DNA from: Vicugna vicugna
Taxonomy: Eukaryota
DNA: 64,000 nt
Assembly: GCA_013265495.1 (NCBI GenBank)
Contig: MU058444.1
Coordinates: forward strand, 558,001 to 622,000
Direction: 5' to 3'
The position numbers and the translations under genes were made by a program. Below, in pieces: positions 38,710 to 51,847 of this stretch. Each line of letters starts with the position of its first letter. The stretch's first letter is position 1. A model generated the notes under the pieces. It ran no database searches and was not told where the DNA came from. It saw nothing but the letters and a program-made list of their open reading frames with translations.

Positions 38710-41352
38710 CATCCTCCATGTGCCATTTTGGAATGCCCCGTTGTCCGTCATCAGCTGGCACCTGGAAATGCAGCGTCCTCATCGTCCCCTCCATGAGTGG
38801 GTAAGGAGCGATGGAGCCTCAGTCAAGCCTTCTGCTCATCTCTCCTCCCCCAAACAAAAGCTACTCGTCCAGCTGCTAAATTGTGTGCGGCATCCCTTCC
38901 AATTATTGATGATAACGTCTAGAATTTCCAGTGTTCCATCTCAGGTGTAGGGCACCCCCCTAAGTGCAGCACATGAATTGAATCTAACATTTACAGTGAG
39001 CCTCTGAGGTAGGTAAGAGTGTCACTCATATTTTATGTTTGTGCAAATGGATTCCAAAAAATTCAATCAAGCTGGTAAGTGGTAGAGACAGAATGAGAAC
39101 CCAGATAATCAGGTTCCAAGACCAAGCCATTTGTTCAATCATTTGTCCATTCATCTCTGACCCTGGGAATAAAGGATTGAGTTCATCACACTCCTTGGTT
39201 CATGGCTATCATAAGTTTGGGCAAGACCCCTCTCCTGTGTGCTTGTTGATTGGATATTTGACGAATTAACTTTTATAACAATTTCTATCTTCCTGTCTCC
39301 TGCCATAGGCACATATTCTTGTGTTTAATGAATATACATTCTTTACAGATATATGTTTTGAAGATGTGCATTGTGTTTCTCTGCATAGATATTTAGTAAA
39401 TGTAGATGGTATAGCTTATATTCTGTCTCTTTTCTTTTTTCTCCACTCAGCACGATGGTTTTTAAGCTCTATCCACAGTGTTCTGTAAACGTCTAGTGAA
39501 TTACTTCCTCACCGCTGCCCGCTGTGGTTTCGTCACTTCTCACCCACCCACCTGCCCAAGGTGGGCTCTCTGGTTGCCTCCCTCCACCAGGAGCAGTCGT
39601 GATGCGCTTTGTTGCATGTAACCTTTTGTGGACCTTTGTGAGAATTTCCCTGGACTAGATACCCAGGCTTAGCGTTGTTTAATTTTAAGCCTCCATGTGC
39701 TTAATTTGACTGAATCCTCCCAGATTGCCATTCTCTAGGATGGAGGCGCTCATTTCATTCCCACCAGCAAGGCGTTAGTGCTCTTATACCTCCAAGCATC
39801 TCTCTACTTGGATCTCTGTGCCTTGAGACATCAGGCTTTACTCTCACTGAGGGCAACGTTTAGGACAGGAAGTTTGTTGGAACAGGGGTCCCATTCGCCC
39901 TACCTTTTCCCGTTCTCAGAGGCTTTTATACCCTCTAACTGTGCAGCTGCCATTCAGGTATTGTCTTCATAGCACTGATGGAGACCTTGAACCCGGAGGT
40001 ACAGACTGCATCTTAATTTGCAGGCAGCTATTTGAACGTCTCGTTTTCAGATCTTTTCCCTCCCAAACCAAGTGGCTTCTTGATCTTCTTGAACAGAAAG
40101 AGTTCCTTTCCTCAGATTCCTTTCGAAGAAGTAAAGTAATAATAAGTTACGCCAGAAATCAACAAGGGGTCGTATCCAAAAATTTCATTTAAAAAATCTG
40201 TCACAAAATGTTTCCCTCTTCTTCTGTGACTTCACAGAAAGTAAAAATATTACAAAATGTAAGCAAGTTGGAATCACTGCAGTAAAACAAATAAAAACTA
40301 AACCCAAATGGTCGTTCGTGTGGTTATCCGATGCCCTGGGCAGCTGGGCCGGACTCCCCTCCGATGAGCAAGTTGAGCTTGAATCACAGCCTGGACTCTG
40401 ATCTGCCCCTCCCCTGAGGGGCTGATCGCTTAAACTCCGTGGGCCTCCGTTCTGGGAAATTTGCTGTTTTCAGGTCTCTGGTGCAGCCGCAAAGATCTCC
40501 GGCCCCAGGACCATCCTCTACAGCAAAGGGGGAGGAGAAACTTGACCCTCGGCTTGAACCAGCTGGGAGTCTCATGTGTGGTCACGAGTTGAATGACAAG
40601 CCTTGGTGAAGGTGACCTGTGCTTTTCACTGTAGCTCGGAGGGAGATGGTCACTCCGGGGGAGACAGTGAAACATGCTGTTGATTAAAACCTCACTTGAC
40701 TTTCCGGAAAAATGCTCAGAAAGCTTCTCAGTTTCTATTGACTGGCTGCGTGAGAGCTGCGCTCACTTTAGATTTAAATGGGGCAGGATATATAAAGCTG
40801 AGACTGCATATCAGGTGTATCAGCTCTGAAACCCAGAGAGTCTTCTTTTTTTTATATATATAAGCTACCTTTTTAGGCTTATTAAAAATATTTCATGTCA
40901 GTCCATTTCTTAAGTAGTACGTGCTTTATCTCTACAACTAATAGAAAAATATAAATGGAAACCAGCAGCTTGACTGAATGGGCCTTGCACCTTGCCTCCT
41001 ACCCCCAGCCATGCCTAGAGCTAGAAGTTAACTAAGAAAATATGCCTTGTACACTTGATAAGGTACTGCTTTGTGAACTGCCCTGGGGAGTGAGCGTCAG
41101 GCATTTCTGACAGAGAGAGTGTCCTTCGCTGTCGGGTCCAGCCCAGACACAACCTCGGGGAAGCTCTTCCTGGCAGACACTTCCAGGTCAGCTCTCAGGG
41201 CGTGAAAGCTGATCAGGCCGTCACAGTCATCTCAGGCCCCTAGCTCTGGCAGTGTCCCAGACTCTCGGCACCTTTACCAGATTCAGGGATGGGAGGAGGG
41301 TGGGCAAGAGGATCAGGAAAAAAAAAAAAGCAAATGGGTTGTCAAATCAATC

Positions 41353-41517
41353 TTTTTTTTTTTAGATTTATTTATTTTATTTTTATGTTTGTTTTTGCAG
41401 GGGGGGTAATTAGGTTTATTTATTTATTTATTTAAAAAAATGGAGGTACGGGGGATCGAACCCAGGACCTCATGCATGCTAAGTACGCTCTCTACCACTG
41501 AGCTGTACCCTCCTTCC
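41353..41517 (-). mobile_element. tRNA-Ala-derived SINE
   Basis: Antisense head and tail. TSD tcaaatcaat (41342-41351 / 41518-41527). Confidence 0.92.
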
Positions 41518-42889
41518 TCAAATCAATTTTTCATTTTAAATCCAGTCACAATTCTGCAGTTTCTGAGTGCTTCTCAACTTAATCCCCAGCACGCGCACAC
41601 ACACACGCACACACACATGCACACACACAAAGTTCCTCTCCCTTACATAACTACACACACACACAAATGGACACACTTCTGTACTTCATTACTAGAAGCT
41701 GCATTATAAGCATTCTTTTTTCATTCTGATGGCTCTAGAGTATCTAAACTTCCCTTTACTTGACTATTTCAATACAGACCAGTGAAGACCCACACGGTGG
41801 TTTGTGTAAGCTTTTATACAGATCCGAGGTGTAAGGGGTTGAGACAACTCTTTCGAGCCAGAAGGGCAAACGTCTGACATCAGTCTCCCCTGACCCCATC
41901 CTGCAGTCGTGGAGAGCCCTTTCCTGGTCACGGTCTTGAGCTATGCAGTCTAGGTTTGGGTTTAGAGTCTCCCGCACAGAGTTCCAGGCAGCCATCATCA
42001 ATGCGTATAGTTTTATGTTCAAGATGAAACCTGTTACTGCCTGTGCCCTCCAGTGTTGCAAGTTAGCTCTTAGACGACACTTCCCTCTGCTCTTCTTCCT
42101 CCTCCCCAAGGACCTGATGGTCTAAATCAGCCCAGATGCCCAGACCTCTCCTCAGCCCTGGGCACATGGGGCTTATGCTCTGGGATCTGCACTTCAGGGG
42201 TCCTGAGCCTTGGAGTGCTTTCCTCAAAATTGTCGGAACCCCTCTTTAGTTGCTGGAATGAGTCAAGGTCAACAGCACCACCCAAATGGGGCATCCTGAG
42301 TTTGGACAAGAAAGTTCATGGGCCCTAGTCCCTCTTTCTCCCATTCAAGGTATCCCAACCCTGTGTATCATGCTTGGGTCAGCCAGGTACCCTAAGATGC
42401 ACAGAGACTCATACCTAGAGGGTTGTCCCATGGTCCTGTGGCCAGGACCCAGATATAGGGAACAGATCTGTTGAGTGGGTCACTGTGGCTACCCTATGAG
42501 TTATTTCTTTCACAGGATCATGCATGATCGGGCCTCTACCTGGTGCTGACACACTGATTTTTGCTGACTCAAGTTGCTTACACAGGCAGAGGGGTCACGA
42601 AACATGATTATGTCTTCCTGCAGTATCAACACCAATTGTCTTCCACTGCATCTTTCCTTCCTACCAATTTCTAAAAGCCACGATTTTTTTTTCCTGCAGA
42701 AAAGAAATACACTCCTCTCAATATCTGGCTTCTAAAAACTTACCTTGCTAGTTCTTAGTGCCATTGGAACCCACTGTTTCTGATGGGGTAAGAAGGAACA
42801 TGGACCTAATTCTGGTCAATGAGACTTAAGAGGATGTCTACTCAGGGTCTTCCAGTAAAAATTTCTTCGTTCTTAAAAAGAGACACAAT

Positions 42890-43500
42890 GGGGTGGGCAG
42901 TGAAGCTAGCAAGATGGCAGAACAGGAAACTCTGTTCTCTCCATCCTCCCAAAGAGACACAAATTCAATAACCATACAAGGACCAGCTTCCTTAGTGGGA
43001 AATCCAGAAGCCAGCTAGGAGGCTCCCACATTCTTGGCAAGCACAAAACCAGGTGCATCAGACCCAGTAGGAAAATGTATGGCACCTTCTGGCAGTACTC
43101 CTACCCCGGACATAGCACCGTATAATTGAGAGGAAGACTCTCAGCTCCCGGCTTCTCCCTGGGGAAGGAAATAGGAGACTGGATCTACTGCCAGCATTCT
43201 GAATTCTGGAAGTCTACTCAAAAGGACTGATTTCTGTCTCAACTGTCTTGGAGAATGTATGAGAACTGGTATAATCTAGATGCTGGGGAGCTGCTGAGAA
43301 CAAAAAAAAAAAAGAAAGAAAGAAAAGGCTTGGATGGTGTGTGGTGTGCTCATGCTTCACAGAACAGCAGAAGAAGACACCAGAGGGATCAAGAGATTCT
43401 AAGCTCCTGAAGAAAGAATAGAAAAGAAAAGAAAAAACCCAGCAAATTCATCTAACTAGGAATCCACACACACATGTCCGGAGAAGGCACATCCACAGAA
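42890..43500 (+). mobile_element. L1 5' UTR-like fragment
   Basis: Begins ...gcaagatggcagaacaggaa, the typical L1 5' end (caagatggc YY1-type motif). Decayed. Confidence 0.55.
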
Positions 43501-43529
43501 ATTAGTGTGGGATGTCATAGAGAAAACTA

Positions 43530-44680
43530 AACACACTGCAATCCTGAATTTGAATTGGAATGTTAGAATTAGTTCTGTTCACTGAAGATGCCTCGTAATA
43601 ATGGCTGACCCCGTGTCAGTGAAATCTCTACCAACCTGAGTCTCATCTTCAAATACTATATCCCATCAAAAGCAGCTCTGGCTTCTTGAACAAATAGCTG
43701 GTTTATATTCTGGGGCAGGAAATGTACAAGCTGAACAAGGAAGCTGTACACTGCAGTCGTGTCCGGAGGCCTCAGGAGCCGAGTGGAAGAGCTCTCACTG
43801 GCCAAAGATGGAACAATTTAAGTTTCCATAAGGATAACATGGAAATCGATGGAGACCCGTGAGTTTCTAATAAGACTATGAAGTAAATTCATCATGTCGA
43901 AAAGTGACAGGAAACTAATCCATCTTGAAAACTGGACGAATGAAGGGAGAGCCTGAAGCTTTATCCTGGCTTTCCTATGTGAGTCATAGAGCCCAGGCAA
44001 TTACGCAGGGGATGGAAAGAAGCGTCTCCTTACAAAAGCAGTCCAGCTAATACATGAAAAGAAAAGTGATGGGATGTATTATTTTGCAAACTCCAGTGGA
44101 TTAATGGATCTAGGCATTGAGCGCCAATGACTGCAAACATAAAAAATTGAGGGACTATTTATTGCGTATTGCGTGCCTCTCGGTTAAGGTATGTCACTAC
44201 GAAGAGTCTTTCAAATGGACTGGAGGTGATCTGGTCCAACCTCCTCATCCAGCTGCTAATTTCCAAGCCTTCTAGATGATGGAAGAATACACCGAATGAT
44301 GTCATGAGGATGCAGTCGAAAAAATCCAGATTGTGGGAAACCGTGTAGGACAACAAACATGAACATGAACTTTTTAGTTGATGTCTGATTTAAAAAAAAA
44401 GTGAGAAAGAGATAGAGGAGGAGCCTGTAGGTTAAAATAAATTTTAAAAACTTATTTTAAAAAGGCAAAGGTAAGGTCTAGGGATGAACACGTGGGTGAT
44501 AAAAAAAAAACATAGAAACAGAGGAAGCAATTACTAGAGAGGTCAGGTGACTCTTGGAGGGAGCAAGGATGCCATGACTGGGATGGGACATGTGCAGGGG
44601 ACACCAGGGTGGCTGACGAGGCTCTGGTTGTTGACTTGGGTGGTTATGAGGGTATTTTCCTTATAATAATCCAATAAGCT
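43530..44680 (+). mobile_element. Old L1 3' region (L1MC/MD-like)
   Basis: tcactggccaaagatggaacaatttaag and gaaaaaatccagattgtgggaaa motifs recalled from L1MC 3' UTRs. Confidence 0.55.
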
Positions 44681-44859
44681 GCAAAAAAGAACAAATACTA
44701 ATTAAGCACTTATTTGTAAATCCTGAATATATCATCCTTCCATAATCCACAATCTATAATCCACCCATTCTAAGTACATTGTCCATCGATACATTACTAC
44801 CTTTGTGAAAATCATAGTTCAAATTAAATGAGTTCTTATTATGTCCTTCGCATTACTCT

Positions 44860-45125
44860 AAGCTATATATTTATTTGTATTATGTCATTATAGACTATTG
44901 TTATTTTCATTTCACAGATAGGAAAGTCTGCCATGCACCGAGATAATTTACGACCATGGTAGATATTAACAAAATTAGTGCCAAAATGAAAAGACGTGAT
45001 GGGATGGAAATTAGAGGTAGTTTTCGTAAGTTGAAAGTGATAAAGAAATGGGTGAGTATGGCACAGATGGGAAAACTGAGGCACAAAGATGTTAAGTAAC
45101 GTGACTAAACTCACATAGTTACTAG
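44860..45125 (-). mobile_element. MIR interrupted by a ~140-bp insertion
   Basis: MIR core ttttcatttcacagat...gaaaactgaggcacaaagatgttaagtaac is split at 44925/45062. Confidence 0.7.
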
Positions 45126-46734
45126 ACCTCCTTGGAGCTGAATATTATTCACGTAAGGGAAGGTTTCTGGCTAACTCGGGTCGCAAAAGCAGCTTGCAAA
45201 GAGAGTGTGGGTTTCAGGTTTATTAATTACTTGCTTCTTTCACTCATTTCACAGTTTTTTTTTTGTTGAGCATCTCCTCCGCGCCGGGCACTGTGCTGGG
45301 GGCTGTGGTTACCTCTGGGCTCTGACGTTGCTTGCAGACTTGCAGAAAGACAGAAGGTACCACAAGGTGTGTAGCGGTGGGATGGGGAGCGGTTTCCTTG
45401 AGGAGTGGAGGGTGAGGCTGAGACAGGATGAAGTGCGGTTCACCAGGCGGAGGAGGGTGGACACAGTGGCAGAGAGGGAAGTGCAGGCGAAAGGGGCACA
45501 GACGGGGAGGGGACATTCTAGGAACTGTGGGGAAAGGCTTTCTGAGTCTTCCTGGTACCTGCACCTCAGCTCTTTCCATGCAGAACCTCTTTAAGGGCTA
45601 TTGACCTGGGAAAAGCAAAACCAGACTAAGTGAGCACCAAACACTGGCCTCCGAAGTGAACCGGAAATGCACTGAACTGGCTGCAAATGACAGTCTCTCC
45701 TCTGTCTCTCATTTTAACTGAATGACATACACAGTCAACTCATTCAGGAGACTGAGCTGAAGGCACCTGAGCTGAAATGAAATGCCATCCAGGCTCACTC
45801 GGGGTGGACCTGGGGGGCTGACTTGGTGCCCATGCGAGGGACCTCATGCTGTCACGTACCATCGTGTTAGTAAGTTTCAGAAGAGTGACAAGTGACCATC
45901 CTGGGAGGGACTTGAGAGACTGGAAGCCCCCGTGTTGAGGAAGAGATCAGCCTCAGTGAACTGAAGATTTCTCTCCAACTGTTTTTCCTAAGATAAGACC
46001 ATTAGACTAGCCTCAGAACTGAACAACGGTTGAACACGACTTTATTACGACTGAGGGCATGTGGAAGCTCTGAGCTGTGTTTTGATAACTTGCTTTCAAC
46101 TCGGAGTGGCTGATTTGAGGACCATCCCCTCTGTCCACAGGCCTAGGACCCTTCCCTGCTGGCATGGACTGGTCCTCTCTCTGGGGATGCACTGGCCCTG
46201 CCTTAGGCTCAGGTCTGACTGTGGCTGGGGCTCACATCCCAACACCTGACAGCCTTGTTTCCTTCTCAGTGGGCTGTAGGAGGGAGGACACTGGCTCAAC
46301 CTCTGGTTCTTGGAGTGAGTGGGGCCAAGTCCCTGGCTCTGTTTGGGCCTCGGTCTCTTCATCTGTGAAGTGAGGATTCCACCCCCTTCCTCACCAAGTG
46401 ATATCTCAGAGTCTAGCTGGAATTTACACCCTGAGGTTCTCTGATTAGTATGTCCCAAACAATGTTTCACTAAACAAAAATGACTGAATGAGGTTGTTAA
46501 CCCTGGCCAGTAGACCAGGGGAAGTGTGGTCAAAGCTTCAAAGTTCACCAGCAGACTCTTCATTAACCAGGCCATCCAAGCCCTGAGTTATATGACATGA
46601 TCTTCCTAGGCAGTGGTCCGTGGAAATTCTGAAACAGCTAACAATTGTGTCTTACAGATTCCATCACATGTTACCCACGTGGTCGGCCTTGCTTTTATAA
46701 TTCTAGTTCATCAGCTATATCAGCTAAGGCTTTT

Positions 46735-47225
46735 TTGTTGTGATTATTACAAGATATTGAATATAGTCCCCTGTGCCGGACAGTAAGACCTAACTGTTGA
46801 TCTATTTTATATATAGTGCTAGTAGCTGCAAATCCTGAACTCCCAGTTTATCCCTCCATCCCCCACCTCTTCCTGCCCTTGAGTCTCTATCTCTGAGTTT
46901 TCTATCTCTGAGTCTGTGCTGTGTCTATTTTGTGTCTTTTTTTTTTTAGATCCCACATATGAGTGATATCACATGGTATTTTTCTTTCTCTTTCTGACTT
47001 ACTTCATTTAGTATGAAAATTTCTAGGTTCCTCCATGGTGCTGCAAATGGCATGATTTTATTCTTTTTTATGGCCGAGTAGTACTCCATTATATAAATAC
47101 ACCACAACTTTTTAATTCATTTTTATGTAGATGGAAATTTACATTGCTTCAAGGTCTTGGCTATTGTAAATAGTGCTGCTGTGAACATGGGGGTGCATGT
47201 GTCTTTTGAAATTAGAGTTTCCCCT
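46735..47225 (-). mobile_element. L1 fragment (ORF2 end and 3' UTR)
   Basis: cccacatatgagtgatatcacatggtatttttctttc...gagtagtactccatt...ttggctattgtaaatagtgctgctgtgaacat are canonical antisense L1 motifs. Confidence 0.9.
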
Positions 47226-48299
47226 GAAAACTCATAGTTTCCTTTTCTCCTTACCTTCTTTCTCTGATACTCCTAATATTTTCTTCATCAATATGATTTC
47301 CTGTATTATTTGTATTTCATATTTTGCTACCAAAATTCCTCAGAGCTGGAAATTTTTTTCTTATTCTTGAAGTTTTTTTTTAAAAAAAACCCTTTCTTAT
47401 TCTTATTCTTATTTTTGCCTATTCTTATTCTTAAAATTTTTTTTCCTTTCTTATTCTTATTGGCTTTCTTATTTCTAATTCCTATGGTAAAAACAAAAGA
47501 GCATAGTCTTTGAACTAAGACAATCCTGGATTTAATTCTCTCTCTTTTTAAATTATTAGAGTTGATTTTAGGAAAGTTTTGACCTCTCTGAGCCTCTGTT
47601 TTCACAGCTGCTCAATGGAGAAACTATAGATCACTTTATGCATTGTTGTGAGGATTAAAGGAGAGAAGTGAAGGGCTGATATCACATCCTAGACAACGAA
47701 GTTTAGTTTTCTGTGCCATCTTTCAGATTACCAAAAACAACATCCAGAGTCTTTATCCTTTGCCTTTTAGCCTTACTCATATCAGCCAATCTCTGCATCC
47801 AGAGTAGCCCAGGTGAAGGAAAGAGGACACCATGTATGCGCTCATTTGTGGGTGTTTGAAGTCGGGATTTAGAATTGTAAACCGACTATACGTCAATTAA
47901 AAAAAGAAAAAAACCCAACAACAATGCATTTGAGCTTCAAGCCCAGAGCCAGATAAATGCGATCACAGATGCTTATGGTAGGTCCCTCACGTCTCCCAAG
48001 ATGTCTTTCCCGTGTACCTGTGAGTACTCAGGCCTGTACTTCACAGGGGACCGGCTTGCTCAGAGTCTGGGTGGGGTCTTGAGGGCAGGAAGATATACAC
48101 ATAGTACCTCATGTGGACTTGAGGAGAGGACTTCCTTAGATTGGGATAGACTTTGTTGACATGATACGATGTTCACGTCCTTAAGGATAAGGAGGAATTA
48201 CTCAGGCAAAATTAGGGAGATGGGATTGGCGTTCTAAGCCTCAGACATCACAAGAGCAAAGGTCTAAAGGAAGAAGGAGCACATTCTGGGTGCTGTATT

Positions 48300-48700
48300 T
48301 CAGCACAGGGTTTGAGGCGGTCCCCTGGCAGCGGACTCTAGGACAAAGACGTCAGTGGAGGAAGTTATTGGGAAGTGCGTCCCCTTGACAACACCTGTCG
48401 GGGAGGGAAGGAGGCAGGTCGGGGCAGGAGGGGGAGGAGCTGGGCTGTGATGTGGTTACAGCAGAGGTCTCGGGCTGTCCCATGGTGAGTTCCAGCACTG
48501 GGATGGCTCCTTCAACTTGTCAGAGATGGAAGTGAGAAGAGAGTCTTTGTATTTTCCACTGACCTTGGATAAGTGTTTCCCCAGGGGTGAAAAAGCACCC
48601 TTGGGTGAGGCAGCTTCCTTTTGGTAGAAGGCAGCTCCCAAAAAGGGTTTCAGCTGTGAGCTGTGAGCCGGCCACCTTCCAGTGACCGGGGAAAATCAGG
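48300..48700. mobile_element. MaLR LTR (MLT1-like) inside L2 fragments
   Basis: ggtcccctggcagcggactct...ttattgggaagtg...ggaaggaggcagg pattern; approximate. Confidence 0.5.
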
Positions 48701-49199
48701 ACTCGGGACTTGAAGGCGCTCTGGGCGGCACTGCACAGCATCCACTTAGAAGGAATGAAACTGTAAAAGATGCAGTTAGAGAAAAAAAGCACATGGCAGG
48801 TAATCCAGGGCCTCATAAATCACATTTACAGGTTTGGACTCTGTTTTTAAGGCAACGGGGAGCTACTGAAGGATTTTAAGCTAGAGGTTAAGTCAATACA
48901 ATCATTTTTGTATTTTAAAAGGATCACCTCGGCTGCTGGGTTGAGAACTGATTTGTGAGAGAACGCTGGAGTCAGGGAGCCCTGTGGGAAGTTGCTGCAG
49001 TCATCAAAGTGACGTGATGCGAGTCTGAATTTACAAAGTGGAGGCGGGAGTAAAGAAAAGCGAACTGATTAAGGAGATACAGGGAAAGCAAAATTAAGGG
49101 TACCCGCTTGTTGATTGACGGGATGTGGCATGATGAAGAGAAATGGCTGAAGCCAGGGTTTCTGCACTGGGAATCAGAAGTAGGAAACTTGGCCAAAGA

Positions 49200-49630
49200 T
49201 AGTGCTGTGTGGTTTTCATTCCTGGTTTCTTCCTCCTGCCACGCGGACAGCCACCCTTGATAACACGCTTGCAGTGAGGAGAGACCGCGTAACTACCGCT
49301 GGATAAGGAAATATGAGCGAAAGTGATGGAGTGATGGATGTGCTTCTGGTGGGGGGAGTGGTGGGTGGCAATTAGCCCTGTGCCATCCTCTAGCCTCTTT
49401 CTTCCTCTTTGGCAAGAGGCAGGGAGGCCAGATGTGGAGATGTTAGAGCCACAGAATCAAAGCAGCAGAGAAAACTGAGTCACACCGGTGCAGGACAGCT
49501 GCTTTGGATTGTTGCCCAGTCAAGAGAGGAGGACCTCGTGTGAGCTGGAAATAAACTATCTATGTTATGCTTTGAGATTTTTGGAGCTGTTTGTTCTTAC
49601 AGAATAAGGCTAGCCTATCCTGACAAATAC
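49200..49630 (+). mobile_element. MaLR LTR fragment (MLT1 3' part)
   Basis: gaaataaact...tttgagatttttggagctgtttgtt...gcctatcctgacaaatac is a typical MLT1 3' end. Confidence 0.6.
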
Positions 49631-49645
49631 TGGAGCATAAAAAGA

Positions 49646-49649
49646 GTGC

Positions 49650-49680
<31 letters not shown>

Positions 49681-49683
49681 TGT
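49646..49683. repeat. Compound (CG)8(TG)9 microsatellite
   Basis: Seen directly. Confidence 0.95.
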
Positions 49684-49746
49684 TGGGGGTGGGGCTGGGG
49701 GCAAAAAGAGAGTGGAGTGGAAAAGGCAGACTATAAATTTTGTTAA

Positions 49747-49855
49747 TTTTTTTTTAGCTTGTTTATTTATTTTTCTAACAGAGGCACCGGAGATGGAACG
49801 CAGGACCTCCTGCAGGCTAGGCATGCACTCCACCACTGAGCTATATACCCTTCCC
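49747..49855 (-). mobile_element. tRNA-Ala-derived SINE (diverged)
   Basis: Antisense head ...caccactgagctatatacccttccc and T-rich tail. Confidence 0.85.
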
Positions 49856-51069
49856 ACTGCACACTGCAAATTCTGTTTTACACATACTGAGTTTAAGATA
49901 ACTCAGAGAGATTTAAGCGGGCATGGCCAAAACATGGTTAAAATGAGGGTGAGGTTTAAAGCAATATTTAAACTGGGGATATAGATTTTGAAAGCCATCG
50001 TAGTCCATAAATGAAGCCATGTGAGGAATGAGGTGCTAAAACAGCCTGATCTAACATGATCTGAGCGTGTTATTTCCCTGGGAATGGACTTTGTTGGCTA
50101 AGTCCTTTACAGAAAGCAATAGAATTCCGGAAAACGTTACCCTTTACTTTTTAAATTGCATAAGTCAGTCTCCATATCACCAAACAGGATAAAGCTCATT
50201 TCTTTGTTTCCCTCCATCAGGATGCTGAAGGCATCAGGGCGCCCAGCTTGAATGTAAGCGCCAGAGCCAGCTTCAGCCTCAGAAGAGCGAGTAAGCCAAA
50301 CAATGCCTGTTAAACAGCCGGTTTCTACCTAAATGATGTCTTAACCGGGGACTTGTTTTGAAAAATTAACTTAAAAAAAAACTCCTTGGTTCCACAAATG
50401 TAAATCAAATAATTTGCAATATATTGTTATTGACAGCTTTAATGCAATCTGAGTGTCATTACTTTAGACACAGAAGCTGGGAGAGCTCTCCGGTGATGTA
50501 AATTTTACTTAATTGAACTCGACTTTATAAGGCTGCCAAGTCTTGCTTTGGGGGGAGAGATGTAAGAGACAGAATCTGGTATGAATTCAGTCTGCACTGT
50601 GTTTGAACAGTTGCCTGTCCTTGTTCGGATGTCTTTTCTGTGTTTCTGCTTAAGAGTTGGTCCTTAGCTGCCTAAACTGACTCAGAGGTCAGCAGCAAAC
50701 CTGTCGGGGTGAGATCTGCACCCGTGTCGCAAAAGGAGCAGAAACGCCAAAGTAGGTTTGACTTGGCTCAGTCTACACTGAGCCAGTGTGGTCTACACTG
50801 CTGATGTCCTTCACACAGACAACTCACATAGGAGAAAATATGCTGACCTGCTATATTTACTGTCATTTCATCCAGAAACTGAGTCACTGAAGGATTAAGT
50901 GACCTATCAAAAAATACACCAAAATGTGAGGGCCAAAGCTGGAACCCAGGATTTGTTCTCTTCGATTCCAAACCCCACTCTTTCTCTTCTTGAATGCACT
51001 GTTTTAATGAGATCATTTCAGGTGTGTTATTTATATCCCTTTATATTGTATAAGGGATGTGTTCCTATT

Positions 51070-51196
51070 TCTTTCTTTGTTGTTTTTGGTGGGGGGGTTG
51101 TGATTAGGTTTATTTATTAATGGAGGTACTGGGGATTGAACCCAGGACCTTGTGTATGTCAGGCATGCACTCTGCCACTGAGCTATACCCTCCCCC
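51070..51196 (-). mobile_element. tRNA-Ala-derived SINE
   Basis: tggaggtactggggattgaacccaggacc...gagctataccctccccc. Confidence 0.92.
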
Positions 51197-51348
51197 TGTT
51201 TCTTTTTTCTTTTTTTTTGTCCTTGGAGCTTTGAAACATTTTAGATATAGTTGTTAGTCTCTGTTCTCCCTTGTGTGTGTTTGTAATAATGGAAACACTT
51301 CCCTTCTCTCTCTTTTCCCTAGGGCTGCTGCTCAAAATGACCCAGCTT

Positions 51349-51847
51349 TGGATAGAGAGGCTGTGGTATATCTATACAATGAAATACTACTCAGCCATAA
51401 AAAAGAATAAAATAATTCCATTGGCAACAATGGAGATGGAACTGGAGATTGTTATTCTAAGTGAACTAAGCCAGAAAGAGAAAGAAAAATTCCATATGAT
51501 ATCTCTCATGTGTGGAATCTAAAAAAAAAAAGGGCACAAATGAACTTATTTACAAAATACAAATGGACTCACACAGAAAACAAACTTAGGGTTACCGGGG
51601 GGAAAGGGGAGGAGGGATAAATTAGGAATATGGGATTAACAGATACACACTACCATATACAAAATGGATAAATAGCAAAGTCCTACTGTACAGCACAGGG
51701 AACTATATTCAGTATCTTGTAGTAACCTACAAGGAAAAAGAATATGAAAAAGAATCTATGTATGTCTATGTATGAATGAAACATGATGCTGTACACCAGA
51801 AATTGACATGACATTGTAAACTGACTATACTTCAATTCTAAAAAAAA
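51349..51847 (+). mobile_element. 5'-truncated L1 (ORF2 C-terminus, 3' UTR, A tail)
   Basis: Translation WIERLWYIYTMKYYSAIKKNKIIPLATMEMELEIVILSELSQKEKEKFHMISLMCGI is the L1 ORF2p end. Confidence 0.92.

Noticed and set aside
47310..47605. K/N-rich and F/L-rich ORFs
   Set aside because: They are translations of a degenerate (TTCTTA)n low-complexity tract.
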